A DNA stretch of 49,373 nt, taken from the IMG/VR virus record IMGVR_UViG_3300017613_000725, positions 1 to 49,373 of that record; one strand, 5' to 3'. Origin of the DNA: a virus. The notes beneath the pieces are model-generated. The model was not told the DNA's origin and did no database searches. It saw nothing but the letters and a program-made list of their open reading frames with translations. Within the stretch, counting starts at the first letter, position 1; every line of letters starts with the position of its first letter. This document shows positions 1 to 8,555 of the stretch, in pieces. Position numbers and translations under genes: made by a program.

Positions 1-77
1 GCCCTTTAATACAGATATGCTTTCATCAACAGGCAAAAGGATAAAGTTAGACGGTTCGGAATTTCCGTTTACGTCAA
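1..77. repeat. 77-bp terminal direct repeat, identical to 49297..49373; overlap that closes a circular or terminally redundant genome of 49,296 bp
   Basis: gccctttaatacagatatgctttcatcaac...ccgtttacgtcaa occurs at both window ends, base for base. Confidence 0.95.
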
Positions 78-346
78 AATGGAGTGTTCTACAGAGATTC
101 GCAGAGAGTAAAGCAGCCCCTACGGCTGGGTTGATAATAAACTTTTTGAAAAACGAAACATTTATGGGCGAAGATTTAACTGCTGGCAATGTTGCCAACG
201 ATTTACTAATGCCCTTATATTTAGATGATTTATACGAGGCTTACAAAATAGACGGTATGGAAGGTGCTATGATAACCGCACCCGGATTCTTTGGTGTAGG
301 CGTACAAACTTATAAAGCTAAAAAAGGAACAACTAAATTACCATAA
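1..346 (+). CDS. 3' end of the giant internal-virion-like protein gene that starts at 44861 and wraps through the terminal repeat
   Basis: The frame with codon starts at 2,5,8... is the same frame as 44861 after mapping 49297 to 1. Track ORF 17..346 is only the part after an internal Met. Stop at 344-346. Confidence 0.85.
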   Translation, partial: PFNTDMLSSTGKRIKLDGSEFPFTSKWSVLQRFAESKAAPTAGLIINFLKNETFMGEDLTAGNVANDLLMPLYLDDLYEAYKIDGMEGAMITAPGFFGVGVQTYKAKKGTTKLP

Positions 347-387
347 ATAGAAATTCAACAACAAGGGAAACAATAGAGAGGTAAGCA

Positions 388-864
388 ATGAAAAAGCTAA
401 TTTTATTAGTATTACTAATGGCAGGATTCACGCTTGGGCAATCAAGCGGTGAACCCTTTTTCAATGGTAAGCAAATAGGCGGTGGGACGGTGTGGAGCGA
501 TACGCTCAGTTATAACAACGGAGCCGGGACAAGCGATTCTGTGCTAATATTCAATGTGAATTTCAGCCACGATTGGTACAGATTTATAGCAGAGGGGGAC
601 ACCAACACCCTCGCGGATTCGTTTTATGTTGAGCACGGGTCTGTGAGATACGATATAGGCGGTTCGGCGGTGGACACTATTTGGGGGAGCTGGGCTACTG
701 TTAAAGATTCTGTTTGGGGTGATATAAACACAATGATAAACAATACGGTGGGGAAAGATTTCCTTCTGTTTAGTCCCGTGGCACAACTACTCAGGTTCAC
801 ACTATTAAACCATAGGGGTAGTTCGCCTAATAGAAGTGTTCGTCTCACGATACAAGGCATATAG
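388..864 (+). CDS. secreted protein (Sec signal peptide, Gln at +1)
   Basis: SD-like GAGAGG upstream; N-terminus MKKLILLVLLMAGFTLG|QSS. Confidence 0.7.
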   Translation: MKKLILLVLLMAGFTLGQSSGEPFFNGKQIGGGTVWSDTLSYNNGAGTSDSVLIFNVNFSHDWYRFIAEGDTNTLADSFYVEHGSVRYDIGGSAVDTIWGSWATVKDSVWGDINTMINNTVGKDFLLFSPVAQLLRFTLLNHRGSSPNRSVRLTIQGI

Positions 865-866
865 GG

Positions 867-3401
867 ATGAAATATTTATTATTCTTAATATTTTGTTTCC
901 CTTTATTCGCACAAGAATATATTTCTGTAAGCGTGATGGGGGGAGATAAGACCAATCTTGATTTCCCCGTGACTACGGATTACACTGCTCACGAAATACA
1001 GTTTGTAGTAAAGGGCAGCCCCGGCGGGGGTAGATTATTACAAAGAGATAACGATCAAGTATCAGGCGGGGATTCTTCACAGGTTTATGTTACAGCTACG
1101 AATATACGAGTAATCCTTGACGCCACGAATACAGATAACTGGACTGCCAGAAACTATTATTACGATATAGAGCAAAGAGGCACAGATACCACGACTATCT
1201 TTATAGGAAATTTTACGGTTTTACAAGATATATCTTCCCCAACTGATGGGACATACCCTGCGTTCCCTCTTTATGTTGTCGCATTAGATACGCCCACCTA
1301 TTCACCCTCTTTCTTAATAGGGCAGGATGCAGATAACGGGTGGGATGTTGTTGGTAAGGGTGCGTTTACGGATTCGCTTTTGGGGATAAAAACATTAAAT
1401 GGCTATACGGGTACAAATGACTCTATTAAATTAGCTGCTGCTTTAACTGCTTTGGGCACGGGGGCAAGTTTGTATTTCCCGCCAGGGACTACTTATGACG
1501 TTGGTACTCATACGATTGACCTGAATGTAATGATTCCGAAAGGAGCTATATTAGACGGTAATTTAACCTTTGCGAGAACAAGCAGTATAATGGCGGGAGA
1601 ATATCAAATATTTGCTGATTCTTGTGTCGCCGAGAGAGAATATTTTGCACATATAGAATGGTTCGGTGATAATGATTCACTTGATACTGGCTACAACGAT
1701 GAATTACGCAGGGCTGTTGAGTTCCTTAAATTTGGGGGTACGTTAGATTTAACGGACTCTATTGCGTTAAATAAAGACCTTCATTTATTTATTGCTGATA
1801 ATACTACTTTACAAAATGGAAGTTTTGTTTCTAACTATCCCGATTATGATGATTATACACACTTGAAAGTATTATCAAGATCGTATAGAGACCAAGAAGA
1901 TGATATACTCTCAAGCCCAAGCGTTCTTAATCATAAAGAGGGGTTGAACTTGTCTGCGGTAGCAACGAAGGGAGATTATTATGTTTTAGTTGATAGTGCC
2001 TCTAACGCTACGGCAGGTGATATAATATTTATCACAAATACTGAAAGCACCTATGGTTCTGATGGAGAAATGAATAGAGTTTATCGAGTAAACGGAGACA
2101 CGCTTTTCTTAAATACTTTAATAGCAAGAACACACAATGCAGATGATTCTATTTATGTGTTTTATGCCTTAAAGAATTTTACCGTTAGAAACATAACTTT
2201 TCATCTTAAGGGGCAGGGAATAGCTTGTGTATATACTTACTTTTCAGAGAACACGCATTATGATAATTTAATATTATATAATGATGGGCTTACGAGAACT
2301 GCTAATGGGGGGTCTAATGGCTATGGGTTAAGGTTAGATTATTCTTATGCTGGGAAGATGGAAAACTGTGAGAGCTATGAACACACTTATGGGTTTTATA
2401 CTGATAACTCTCGCTTGGTAGATATAATTGACTGTAAGGGGTTTGATGGTTGGCACGCTTTTGAGGGGACTAACGGTAATTGGGATATTCTTTACCAAAG
2501 TTGCGTAGCGACAAATGACCATTACGGCTTTAAGGCACATTCGGGCGGCAGTTATCAATATAATGATTGCAAGGTTATAAACGGATTAGGCGCACAGTTT
2601 ACAGGGCATAAAGTAATAGTTAATAACTTTGTTGTTACGGGCGAGATGGATGCTACGCAAAACAGAAATGCTTGGAATCAAACAATCGCAAGTATCACTT
2701 ATGATGCAGCAGAATTTTATTGGGATGGCGGTATAGTAGAGGTAGACACATTTAGGACTATTCTGGCTGGCGGTGGTGGTGTTGGCTCAAGTCATATTTC
2801 CGAGATAAAGAATGTAACGTTCAAAATAGGTGGCAATTCAGTAATGAGGGTAGGCTGGAAAGATAGTCTTTCTAACTTTGAGAATAATACTGTAATATTG
2901 AAAGATAATGTAACAACCGGAGCTGCTATTGAATTCTTAACAGATACGGCGGCTATACAAATTATAAAAGGAAATGAATTTAGAAATTTTATTACAAGAA
3001 GCTTAGACCTCTATGCCTACGGTAAGACATACTTTATAAACAATTTATTAACTGGGAGAGTCTTAAATATAGACAATAGCAATTATATCCAGAATGGATT
3101 AGTGAGTGTAAATAATGTTTCGGGTTATCCGTCTGATTTTGAAGATTATACGGGGAACTTCTATTTCAATAATAATACAATAAATGTTGAGGACACAGAT
3201 TCGGTTTATTATGTGCTTTACGGAGACAACTGTGAACCAGCATCTATATCAAGAAATGATTTTTACGGTTCAGATTATTTAAGAAGCATAGTTGGGGTAG
3301 CTGACACAATCGAAGTAGCGGCTTATAATTACATAGAGGGAAGTGCTACTATGTGGTATGCTTCAGTAGCGACAATAGATTCATTAAATATAAATGATTG
3401 A
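867..3401 (+). CDS. beta-helix (pectate-lyase-like) polysaccharide depolymerase / tailspike candidate with an N-terminal signal peptide
   Basis: 844 aa; MKYLLFLIFCFPLFA|QEY; SLYFPPGTTYDVG motif typical of pectate_lyase_3-type beta-helices; N/G/T-rich repetitive body. Confidence 0.6.
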   Translation: MKYLLFLIFCFPLFAQEYISVSVMGGDKTNLDFPVTTDYTAHEIQFVVKGSPGGGRLLQRDNDQVSGGDSSQVYVTATNIRVILDATNTDNWTARNYYYDIEQRGTDTTTIFIGNFTVLQDISSPTDGTYPAFPLYVVALDTPTYSPSFLIGQDADNGWDVVGKGAFTDSLLGIKTLNGYTGTNDSIKLAAALTALGTGASLYFPPGTTYDVGTHTIDLNVMIPKGAILDGNLTFARTSSIMAGEYQIFADSCVAEREYFAHIEWFGDNDSLDTGYNDELRRAVEFLKFGGTLDLTDSIALNKDLHLFIADNTTLQNGSFVSNYPDYDDYTHLKVLSRSYRDQEDDILSSPSVLNHKEGLNLSAVATKGDYYVLVDSASNATAGDIIFITNTESTYGSDGEMNRVYRVNGDTLFLNTLIARTHNADDSIYVFYALKNFTVRNITFHLKGQGIACVYTYFSENTHYDNLILYNDGLTRTANGGSNGYGLRLDYSYAGKMENCESYEHTYGFYTDNSRLVDIIDCKGFDGWHAFEGTNGNWDILYQSCVATNDHYGFKAHSGGSYQYNDCKVINGLGAQFTGHKVIVNNFVVTGEMDATQNRNAWNQTIASITYDAAEFYWDGGIVEVDTFRTILAGGGGVGSSHISEIKNVTFKIGGNSVMRVGWKDSLSNFENNTVILKDNVTTGAAIEFLTDTAAIQIIKGNEFRNFITRSLDLYAYGKTYFINNLLTGRVLNIDNSNYIQNGLVSVNNVSGYPSDFEDYTGNFYFNNNTINVEDTDSVYYVLYGDNCEPASISRNDFYGSDYLRSIVGVADTIEVAAYNYIEGSATMWYASVATIDSLNIND

Positions 3402-3408
3402 GGTAACA

Positions 3409-4251
3409 ATGAAAATTATTTTAATAGTGTTATTTTCTTTTATAACGCTTAATGCACAGAACTTGCTTTTGTTTTATGATGATGCGGGAGTTACAGTTGA
3501 TGCAGAAGCACAAGCATATTTCGATGCACTTTCCACGCCACTATCTGAAAACAGACAAGATACCATAAATCAATTTGTATTGATGTTAAAAGATTCTCTT
3601 TCAATAACAAACTTATCTGATTTCTTTTTACGATTAAATTTAGACGCTAACGAAACAGAAGAATCAAGTTTGACTGGGTTGGTTTATCCTGATTCAGCGA
3701 CAACAGAAGGCGGCTCATTAGCTTGGGCTGTTGACGTAGGATGGACTGGTTCAACAAATGTAGCGAATCATTTGAACAGTCATTTTAATCCCGCCACAGA
3801 TGCAATAATAGGTGGGCAAGATGATATTAGTTATGGCATTACATTGGCTACAAATTTAAATGGTGTAGGATATGCACTTGGTGCAGTAGGAACTCAATAT
3901 GTTTTGTTCAGACCAAGAAATAGCGGAAGTAGTGCTACTTATATAAATAATAAGAATCTAAGTGCTCAAGCTGGTATTACAACCTCAATAGGGCATCATA
4001 TTATAACTCGTACTGGTGCAAGTACGGGGGCAGGTTATGTCAATGGAACCGTCTCAACTACAATATCCACCACATCTGTAGCTGCTTCTGATATAGATAT
4101 TTATTTCTTAGCGAGTAATGGTATCGGTGGGCTTGCTTGGGTTGAAAGAGCAAGATTTATTTCCATAGGAGTTACACAAGAACAAGCAAGGAAAATAACA
4201 AATTGCATTGAATGGTATTTAGATGCCATTGGTGCAGGGATTATACCGTGA
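3409..4251 (+). CDS. secreted protein (signal peptide, Gln at +1)
   Basis: Start moved to the ATG after GAGG; MKIILIVLFSFITLNA|QNL. Confidence 0.65.
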   Translation: MKIILIVLFSFITLNAQNLLLFYDDAGVTVDAEAQAYFDALSTPLSENRQDTINQFVLMLKDSLSITNLSDFFLRLNLDANETEESSLTGLVYPDSATTEGGSLAWAVDVGWTGSTNVANHLNSHFNPATDAIIGGQDDISYGITLATNLNGVGYALGAVGTQYVLFRPRNSGSSATYINNKNLSAQAGITTSIGHHIITRTGASTGAGYVNGTVSTTISTTSVAASDIDIYFLASNGIGGLAWVERARFISIGVTQEQARKITNCIEWYLDAIGAGIIP

Positions 4252-4438
4252 TAAAACTTTAATGAGAAAGCGGAAATACATCAAAAAGTTATTAAGACGG
4301 CTTCAATATGATATGGGCAATATTATAACGAAGTCATTTGAAGCAGAAGAAAAACCAATTACAGAAGGATATGTAATGTCTGTGAGGTATAAAAATGCGA
4401 AGTTTACTACAAACCCTGATTCATTTTGTAAGGAGTAA
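4223..4438 (+). CDS. small basic hypothetical protein (alternative start 4262)
   Basis: Track ORF fills the gap between neighbouring genes; no clear RBS. Confidence 0.35.
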   Translation: MPLVQGLYRDKTLMRKRKYIKKLLRRLQYDMGNIITKSFEAEEKPITEGYVMSVRYKNAKFTTNPDSFCKE

Positions 4439-4442
4439 AATT

Positions 4443-4859
4443 ATGAAACGAATATTAGTATCGATTATTTTTTTAATGGTTGCTGTAATGTGTAACGGAC
4501 AGCCAAACACTTCAACTACTATTGAGGTGGGGATAGTTGATCCGCAACCAGATAAACATTATGAGGTATTTTTAGAAGTTAAAAGCGATAGCTTAACTTC
4601 GCAACTAATTGACGGGGTGGATTACTTAGACCCAGACGTATCTGCTTTAATTGTTACGCTTACAAACATTCACACAGTTGCAGATACTTTGCTTGGCGAA
4701 GTTACTTATCAAGATTTAACTTATGAAAGATTTGTAAAGGGCGGGCTTGTGCAGGTAGATAATTCAACAATGAAATACTCTGCAATGCGGGTAAGCTATT
4801 GGACTTGGTTAGATATGGTTGAGCCGAATAATGCTGGATTTTTTATAAGGAGAAAATAA
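4443..4859 (+). CDS. secreted protein (signal peptide, Gln at +1)
   Basis: AAGGAG SD then ATG; MKRILVSIIFLMVAVMCNG|QPN. Confidence 0.65.
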   Translation: MKRILVSIIFLMVAVMCNGQPNTSTTIEVGIVDPQPDKHYEVFLEVKSDSLTSQLIDGVDYLDPDVSALIVTLTNIHTVADTLLGEVTYQDLTYERFVKGGLVQVDNSTMKYSAMRVSYWTWLDMVEPNNAGFFIRRK

Positions 4860-4866
4860 AAGCTTT

Positions 4867-5241
4867 ATGTACAAAAGTATATATATATATACAATATTAC
4901 TTAGTTCGTTTGCTTTAGCACAGGATACTCTTTATTCGCATAGGATATTGCTGACCTTTAATGAGCCGATGCAAAGAGTCGAGTTGTTTAACGAAGCAAA
5001 TTATACTGTCTTTGATAGCTCGCTTAATGAAATAGAAATATATCTTGTGGGGATAGTAGAGGGCGATACCGCAGTAGTTATTTACACTGAGTTTCTTAAT
5101 TATAAAACTGATTATGCGGTTAGAGTTTTTAATGTGAGAGATACTTCTGATAATATAATCAATTTAGAAAAGAATACAGCCTGGACTTATTTTGGAGGGT
5201 TTGACCCCAATGAACAACAACCATATTTGATAATCAGATGA
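4867..5241 (+). CDS. secreted protein (signal peptide, Gln at +1)
   Basis: MYKSIYIYTILLSSFALA|QDT; carries a (TA)7 tract in codons 4-9. Confidence 0.6.
   Translation: MYKSIYIYTILLSSFALAQDTLYSHRILLTFNEPMQRVELFNEANYTVFDSSLNEIEIYLVGIVEGDTAVVIYTEFLNYKTDYAVRVFNVRDTSDNIINLEKNTAWTYFGGFDPNEQQPYLIIR
4878..4891. repeat. (TA)7 dinucleotide microsatellite at the 5' end of CDS 4867..5241
   Basis: tatatatatatata read directly from the sequence. Confidence 0.9.
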
Positions 5242-5591
5242 ATTATTTTTTAATAATATTGTTAATAGTGATTGCAAGCTGGCGTGAAGTTCAGATACTT
5301 ATTGATAGGGATAGCTGGAAGGGTACAAGCAGAATCCCTTTGTGGTATATAGACCAGAATAGCAAAGAGAAAATATTATGGTTGTTCCCGAAAAAGAACC
5401 TTGATTCGTTTCACGTTTCGAATGGTTTATTTACGTTGATTTTGATACATATATTATATACGAATAACATTCTACCTGAACTTTTATATGTGTTTTGTGA
5501 TACCCTAACTCACATTTTACATATAATAGCTTATTGGCTTATATGGATGCAAATACGAAACATAGTTATGAAGGTAAATTACCGGAGATAA
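5238..5591 (+). CDS. multi-pass membrane protein
   Basis: ATGA overlap with the upstream stop; several hydrophobic segments. Confidence 0.55.
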   Translation: MNYFLIILLIVIASWREVQILIDRDSWKGTSRIPLWYIDQNSKEKILWLFPKKNLDSFHVSNGLFTLILIHILYTNNILPELLYVFCDTLTHILHIIAYWLIWMQIRNIVMKVNYRR

Positions 5592-5594
5592 AGG

Positions 5595-5990
5595 ATGAAT
5601 AATTTAACCATTTTAAGAGAATTAACAAACTCTTTGCCTTTGCTTGAAGACACTATAAAGAAGAAGAAAAACAATTATATAGATTACGATGCAATGGATG
5701 GGAAGGAATATCAGGGCAGGGGTATTTACAAAAGCGAACAGGTGGCGATTCAAAGGGTGGTTATGGAGAGGGGAACTGAAATCCCAGAACATAATCACAA
5801 AGAAATGGAATATATTATTGTGGTGAGTGGGAAGTTTGAATTACAATGCGAAGGTAAGCCTGATAGAATATGTCAGCATCAAGATTGTATGGTATTTGAC
5901 CCCATGGTTAAACACTCTGGTTTAATGTTGGAAGATACAGAAATAATTGCTGTGGTTATACCCGCAGGGGAAGGTTATCCAGATGCCTGA
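5595..5990 (+). CDS. cupin-domain protein
   Basis: GTEIPEHNHKEMEYIIVVSG fits cupin motif 1, G(x)5HxH(x)3E(x)6G. Confidence 0.7.
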   Translation: MNNLTILRELTNSLPLLEDTIKKKKNNYIDYDAMDGKEYQGRGIYKSEQVAIQRVVMERGTEIPEHNHKEMEYIIVVSGKFELQCEGKPDRICQHQDCMVFDPMVKHSGLMLEDTEIIAVVIPAGEGYPDA

Positions 5991-6195
5991 AAGTCCTAAT
6001 GGTTGGAACGAGTGGTCTAAATACGTTCTAAAAGAACTTGAAAGATTAAACGGCTGTTACGAACAAATTGATAAAAAAGTAGATAAGATTGAGCAGGAAA
6101 TAGCAATGTTAAAGGTTAAGTCTGGTGTGTGGGGTTTGGTCGGCGGGCTTATACCTGTTGTGATAGCTTTAATATTTATATTCTTAAAACAATAA
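5983..6195 (+). CDS. coiled-coil protein with a C-terminal membrane anchor (XhlA-like topology; lysis-associated candidate)
   Basis: Start at ATG 5983, overlapping the cupin stop; KELERLNGCYEQIDKKVDKIEQEIAMLK followed by GVWGLVGGLIPVVIALIFIFL. Confidence 0.45.
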   Translation: MPESPNGWNEWSKYVLKELERLNGCYEQIDKKVDKIEQEIAMLKVKSGVWGLVGGLIPVVIALIFIFLKQ

Positions 6196-6196
6196 A

Positions 6197-6454
6197 ATGT
6201 TTAAGTGGACAAAAGAAATACTGCTCACCTTGGCGAAGAAATGTAACCCAAAACAAGCATTTCTTTTATTGGGTATGGTAATATTTTTCACAGGTGGCTA
6301 CTTTATATTGGATAGAATTTTAGATTACAGCGTAGTCGCAGAAGCAAGTGAAGTGCCTGACAGCGTTGTAGTGCCCAAGACAAGAATAATAGCTGACGCA
6401 GAATATCATAGAAACATTTACGAACCTGGATTAAAAGTTGAACAAGCAAAATAG
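6197..6454 (+). CDS. small membrane protein
   Basis: Hydrophobic segment FLLLGMVIFFTGGYFIL; tiles with its neighbours. Confidence 0.55.
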   Translation: MFKWTKEILLTLAKKCNPKQAFLLLGMVIFFTGGYFILDRILDYSVVAEASEVPDSVVVPKTRIIADAEYHRNIYEPGLKVEQAK

Positions 6455-6463
6455 GAGAACAAA

Positions 6464-6586
6464 ATGACACAAAAAACAAAAAAGATTTGGATAGGAGTAA
6501 TATGGTTTGTTTTAGGCAATTTAGCTATGTACTTCTTACATTCACCAGCACAAAAATTAGTTAAACTAATAGAAGGGATATTCTAA
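6464..6586 (+). CDS. 40-aa single-TM protein (holin-like size)
   Basis: GGAGAA SD then ATG 6464; IWIGVIWFVLGNLAMYFL; below the track cutoff. Confidence 0.45.
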   Translation: MTQKTKKIWIGVIWFVLGNLAMYFLHSPAQKLVKLIEGIF

Positions 6587-6750
6587 TGATCGGATGGAGA
6601 AAACTTATAGCGTTTATATTAACGCTGGCATCTTATACAGGGTTATTGTTCGCAAGAGACTTTGACCCGTTTGCACTTGGCACAGGACTTGTGCTATTAG
6701 CTGGCACATTTTTTGCTACGAATGTTGCGGAGCATTTAGCAAAAAAATAA
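6586..6750 (+). CDS. 54-aa two-TM protein (holin candidate)
   Basis: TAATG overlap with the upstream gene; two hydrophobic helices. Confidence 0.45.
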   Translation: MIGWRKLIAFILTLASYTGLLFARDFDPFALGTGLVLLAGTFFATNVAEHLAKK

Positions 6751-6752
6751 AT

Positions 6753-6780
6753 TTGACATTACCAATATTTTTATTATATT
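6753..6780 (+). promoter_or_regulatory. sigma70-type promoter candidate, TTGACA-N16-TATATT
   Basis: TTGACA at 6753-6758 and TATATT at 6775-6780, directly after the stop of the preceding operon. Confidence 0.4.
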
Positions 6781-6787
6781 GGTGTTA

Positions 6788-6932
6788 TGAATAACTCTGA
6801 CAAGTATCATTATTTAATATCGTGTCTGCCGAGTCGCTTCTGCGTCTTGGGTAGCAAGCCAGACACTTTAGTTGCCCTCATAATTATAAAGGTTTCAGTC
6901 AGAGTTTCCTTTAATTTGTGAGGGCTTTTTTT
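6788..6932 (+). ncRNA. candidate ~145-nt structured small RNA lying between the promoter candidate and an intrinsic terminator
   Basis: Stem-loop GTGTCTG(6822-28)/CAGACAC(6860-66), then a long terminator hairpin. No credible ORF: only a 9-codon ATG ORF, and the track ORF 6810..7001(-) lacks context. Confidence 0.3.
6874..6932 (+). terminator. intrinsic terminator
   Basis: GCCCTCA(6874-80)...TGAGGGC(6919-25) with inner AAAGG/CCTTT pairing, followed by T7 (6926-32). Confidence 0.6.
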
Positions 6933-6947
6933 ATGTGGCGAAACAAA

Positions 6948-7022
6948 AAATAACTGGCGGCGAATGATATGTCTGTAACCATAGGCGATCTCTCCCAACA
7001 CAAGATGGTCAGTTTGTTATTT
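6948..7022 (+). repeat. possible outlying copy of the junction unit (AAATAAC...GTTATTT)
   Basis: 7-bp inverted repeat AAATAAC(6948-54)/GTTATTT(7016-22); GGTCAGTTTGTTAT resembles the 3' box; lies 33 nt upstream of ATG 7055. Confidence 0.3.
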
Positions 7023-7054
7023 CTGACTCGCCACTAAATATTAAGAGGTAAGAT

Positions 7055-7420
7055 ATGAACTGGGATTTAATCAAGCAAAAATATCCGAAGGCGTGGGATA
7101 ACTTGTTTGAAATGTTTAACGATGGAATTTTAGAAAGCGAAATAACCTTTGAAAATGAACCGACTTATATCTCAGATATTATCCAGTATGAGAAGCAAAT
7201 ACCATTATTGTTTGGCAGAATCCTCTACGACTTCTTTGATGAGCGGGGGATAATAATAAACGTAGAATATACCGATAAAGATTTGTGGGCTGGGATTCTT
7301 TACAATAAAGATGCTGTTTGTATTTTAGACGATGTTTATACGGAGGGGGCAGAAACCCGCACCGAAGCAGAAACCGCAGCATTTACAAAAGCATTTGAAT
7401 TATTAGAGGAAAGATTATGA
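7055..7420 (+). CDS. hypothetical protein
   Basis: GAGG SD; ORF tiles with the downstream ATGA overlap. Confidence 0.65.
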   Translation: MNWDLIKQKYPKAWDNLFEMFNDGILESEITFENEPTYISDIIQYEKQIPLLFGRILYDFFDERGIIINVEYTDKDLWAGILYNKDAVCILDDVYTEGAETRTEAETAAFTKAFELLEERL

Positions 7421-7770
7421 AAAGCGATTTAACAAAGTTTATGCTTATACTGATAATCGGAGTATTCGCAGGGCTATTTGTAGGCAAATCTTGCCAAGAA
7501 GACCCGAACAAAGCGATTTTAGATATGATGGACAAACATAGACAAACGATTCTCGATTCGCTTATTGCAAATCGGGAGTTTTACGTGGCGAGGGCGGATA
7601 GTGGAAACTTAGAAAGAACTATTATCAAGAATTATTACAACGAGACATATTACAAAATTGATTCGCTTTACAATCTTGATTCATTACTTATACGGGCTAT
7701 CGTTAGATTCTGGGCTGATAGTGCTTCTAAGGTTTTAGAAATTAAACCAGATTGGAAAGGAGAATGGTAA
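7417..7770 (+). CDS. membrane-anchored hypothetical protein
   Basis: N-terminal TM segment FMLILIIGVFAGLFVG. Confidence 0.6.
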   Translation: MKSDLTKFMLILIIGVFAGLFVGKSCQEDPNKAILDMMDKHRQTILDSLIANREFYVARADSGNLERTIIKNYYNETYYKIDSLYNLDSLLIRAIVRFWADSASKVLEIKPDWKGEW

Positions 7771-7973
7771 TGACGGAATTAGAAGTTAAAGATTATATTG
7801 GTGAAGAAAATTGGGATAGTTTCTGTGAATGGATGCGGGGGCAAACAGTAGGGGCGAAGTCTAAGCCAGGAGGAGGTTATGAGGCAGACTACTATGAGTG
7901 GGATGTGAAAGCCTTTAAAGATAAGATTGATACTGGTTATGACAGGCAAGAAAATCCACTAACTTGGGATTGA
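7770..7973 (+). CDS. hypothetical protein
   Basis: Start moved to the ATG overlapping the upstream TAA (TAATG). Confidence 0.55.
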   Translation: MTELEVKDYIGEENWDSFCEWMRGQTVGAKSKPGGGYEADYYEWDVKAFKDKIDTGYDRQENPLTWD

Positions 7974-7974
7974 T

Positions 7975-8319
7975 ATGAAAACTTTAATATTTCTTATAAT
8001 TTTATCTGGGTTGACGTTCAGCCAAGACTACTCTAAATATTCCAAATCACCCCTAACATTGGGGGAGCTAAAAACAATCGCCTTAATCCTACCAAGAGTA
8101 TTAGAGCAGCAGGAAATTATAGCATCATACGAGCAAGAGAACATAGCCCTAAGAAAAGTCATTGAATTGGATAACAATTCCATCGACATATTAAACTTAC
8201 GTGTCGAAGGACTTGAAGCAATAGCCGAAGCGAACAAACCGGACTTCCTGCAAGAATATACAATGATTGCCATTTATATAGTTGTCTCGTTCTTAGTGGG
8301 GCTGGCTGTGGCATTATGA
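7975..8319 (+). CDS. signal peptide + coiled coil + C-terminal TM protein (unimolecular-spanin-like topology)
   Basis: MKTLIFLIILSGLTFS|QDY; central heptad-like region; C-terminus IAIYIVVSFLVGLAVAL. Confidence 0.55.
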   Translation: MKTLIFLIILSGLTFSQDYSKYSKSPLTLGELKTIALILPRVLEQQEIIASYEQENIALRKVIELDNNSIDILNLRVEGLEAIAEANKPDFLQEYTMIAIYIVVSFLVGLAVAL

Positions 8320-8555
8320 ACCAACCAGAATACATTTGCTTTGATTGTGCTAAAGGGCTAAGGTTACTTGATGTGGCGACTATGCACGTAGGACATTGCG
8401 ATGTGTGTGGTGAGGATGGCAAAGAGGTAGCACCCGGAAGAAAGTATGGCTATCCAGCTATTTGTAAGAAAGACGGACTTGTTAAACCAATTCGTAAGAT
8501 GGGCGGGCTGGTTTGCCCTAAATGCAGGGTTGTGTTAATTGCGTCAACCCATTGA
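8316..8555 (+). CDS. zinc-ribbon protein
   Basis: CFDC...HCDVCG...CPKC cysteine pairs. Confidence 0.55.
   Translation: MNQPEYICFDCAKGLRLLDVATMHVGHCDVCGEDGKEVAPGRKYGYPAICKKDGLVKPIRKMGGLVCPKCRVVLIASTH

Noticed and set aside
6810-7001. 63-aa minus-strand ORF in the 6751-7054 gap; I also looked for a tRNA there
   Set aside because: The ORF spans a terminator hairpin and has no expression signals. I found no cloverleaf, T-arm (GGTTCGAAT-like) or anticodon-arm pattern, so I make no tRNA call.
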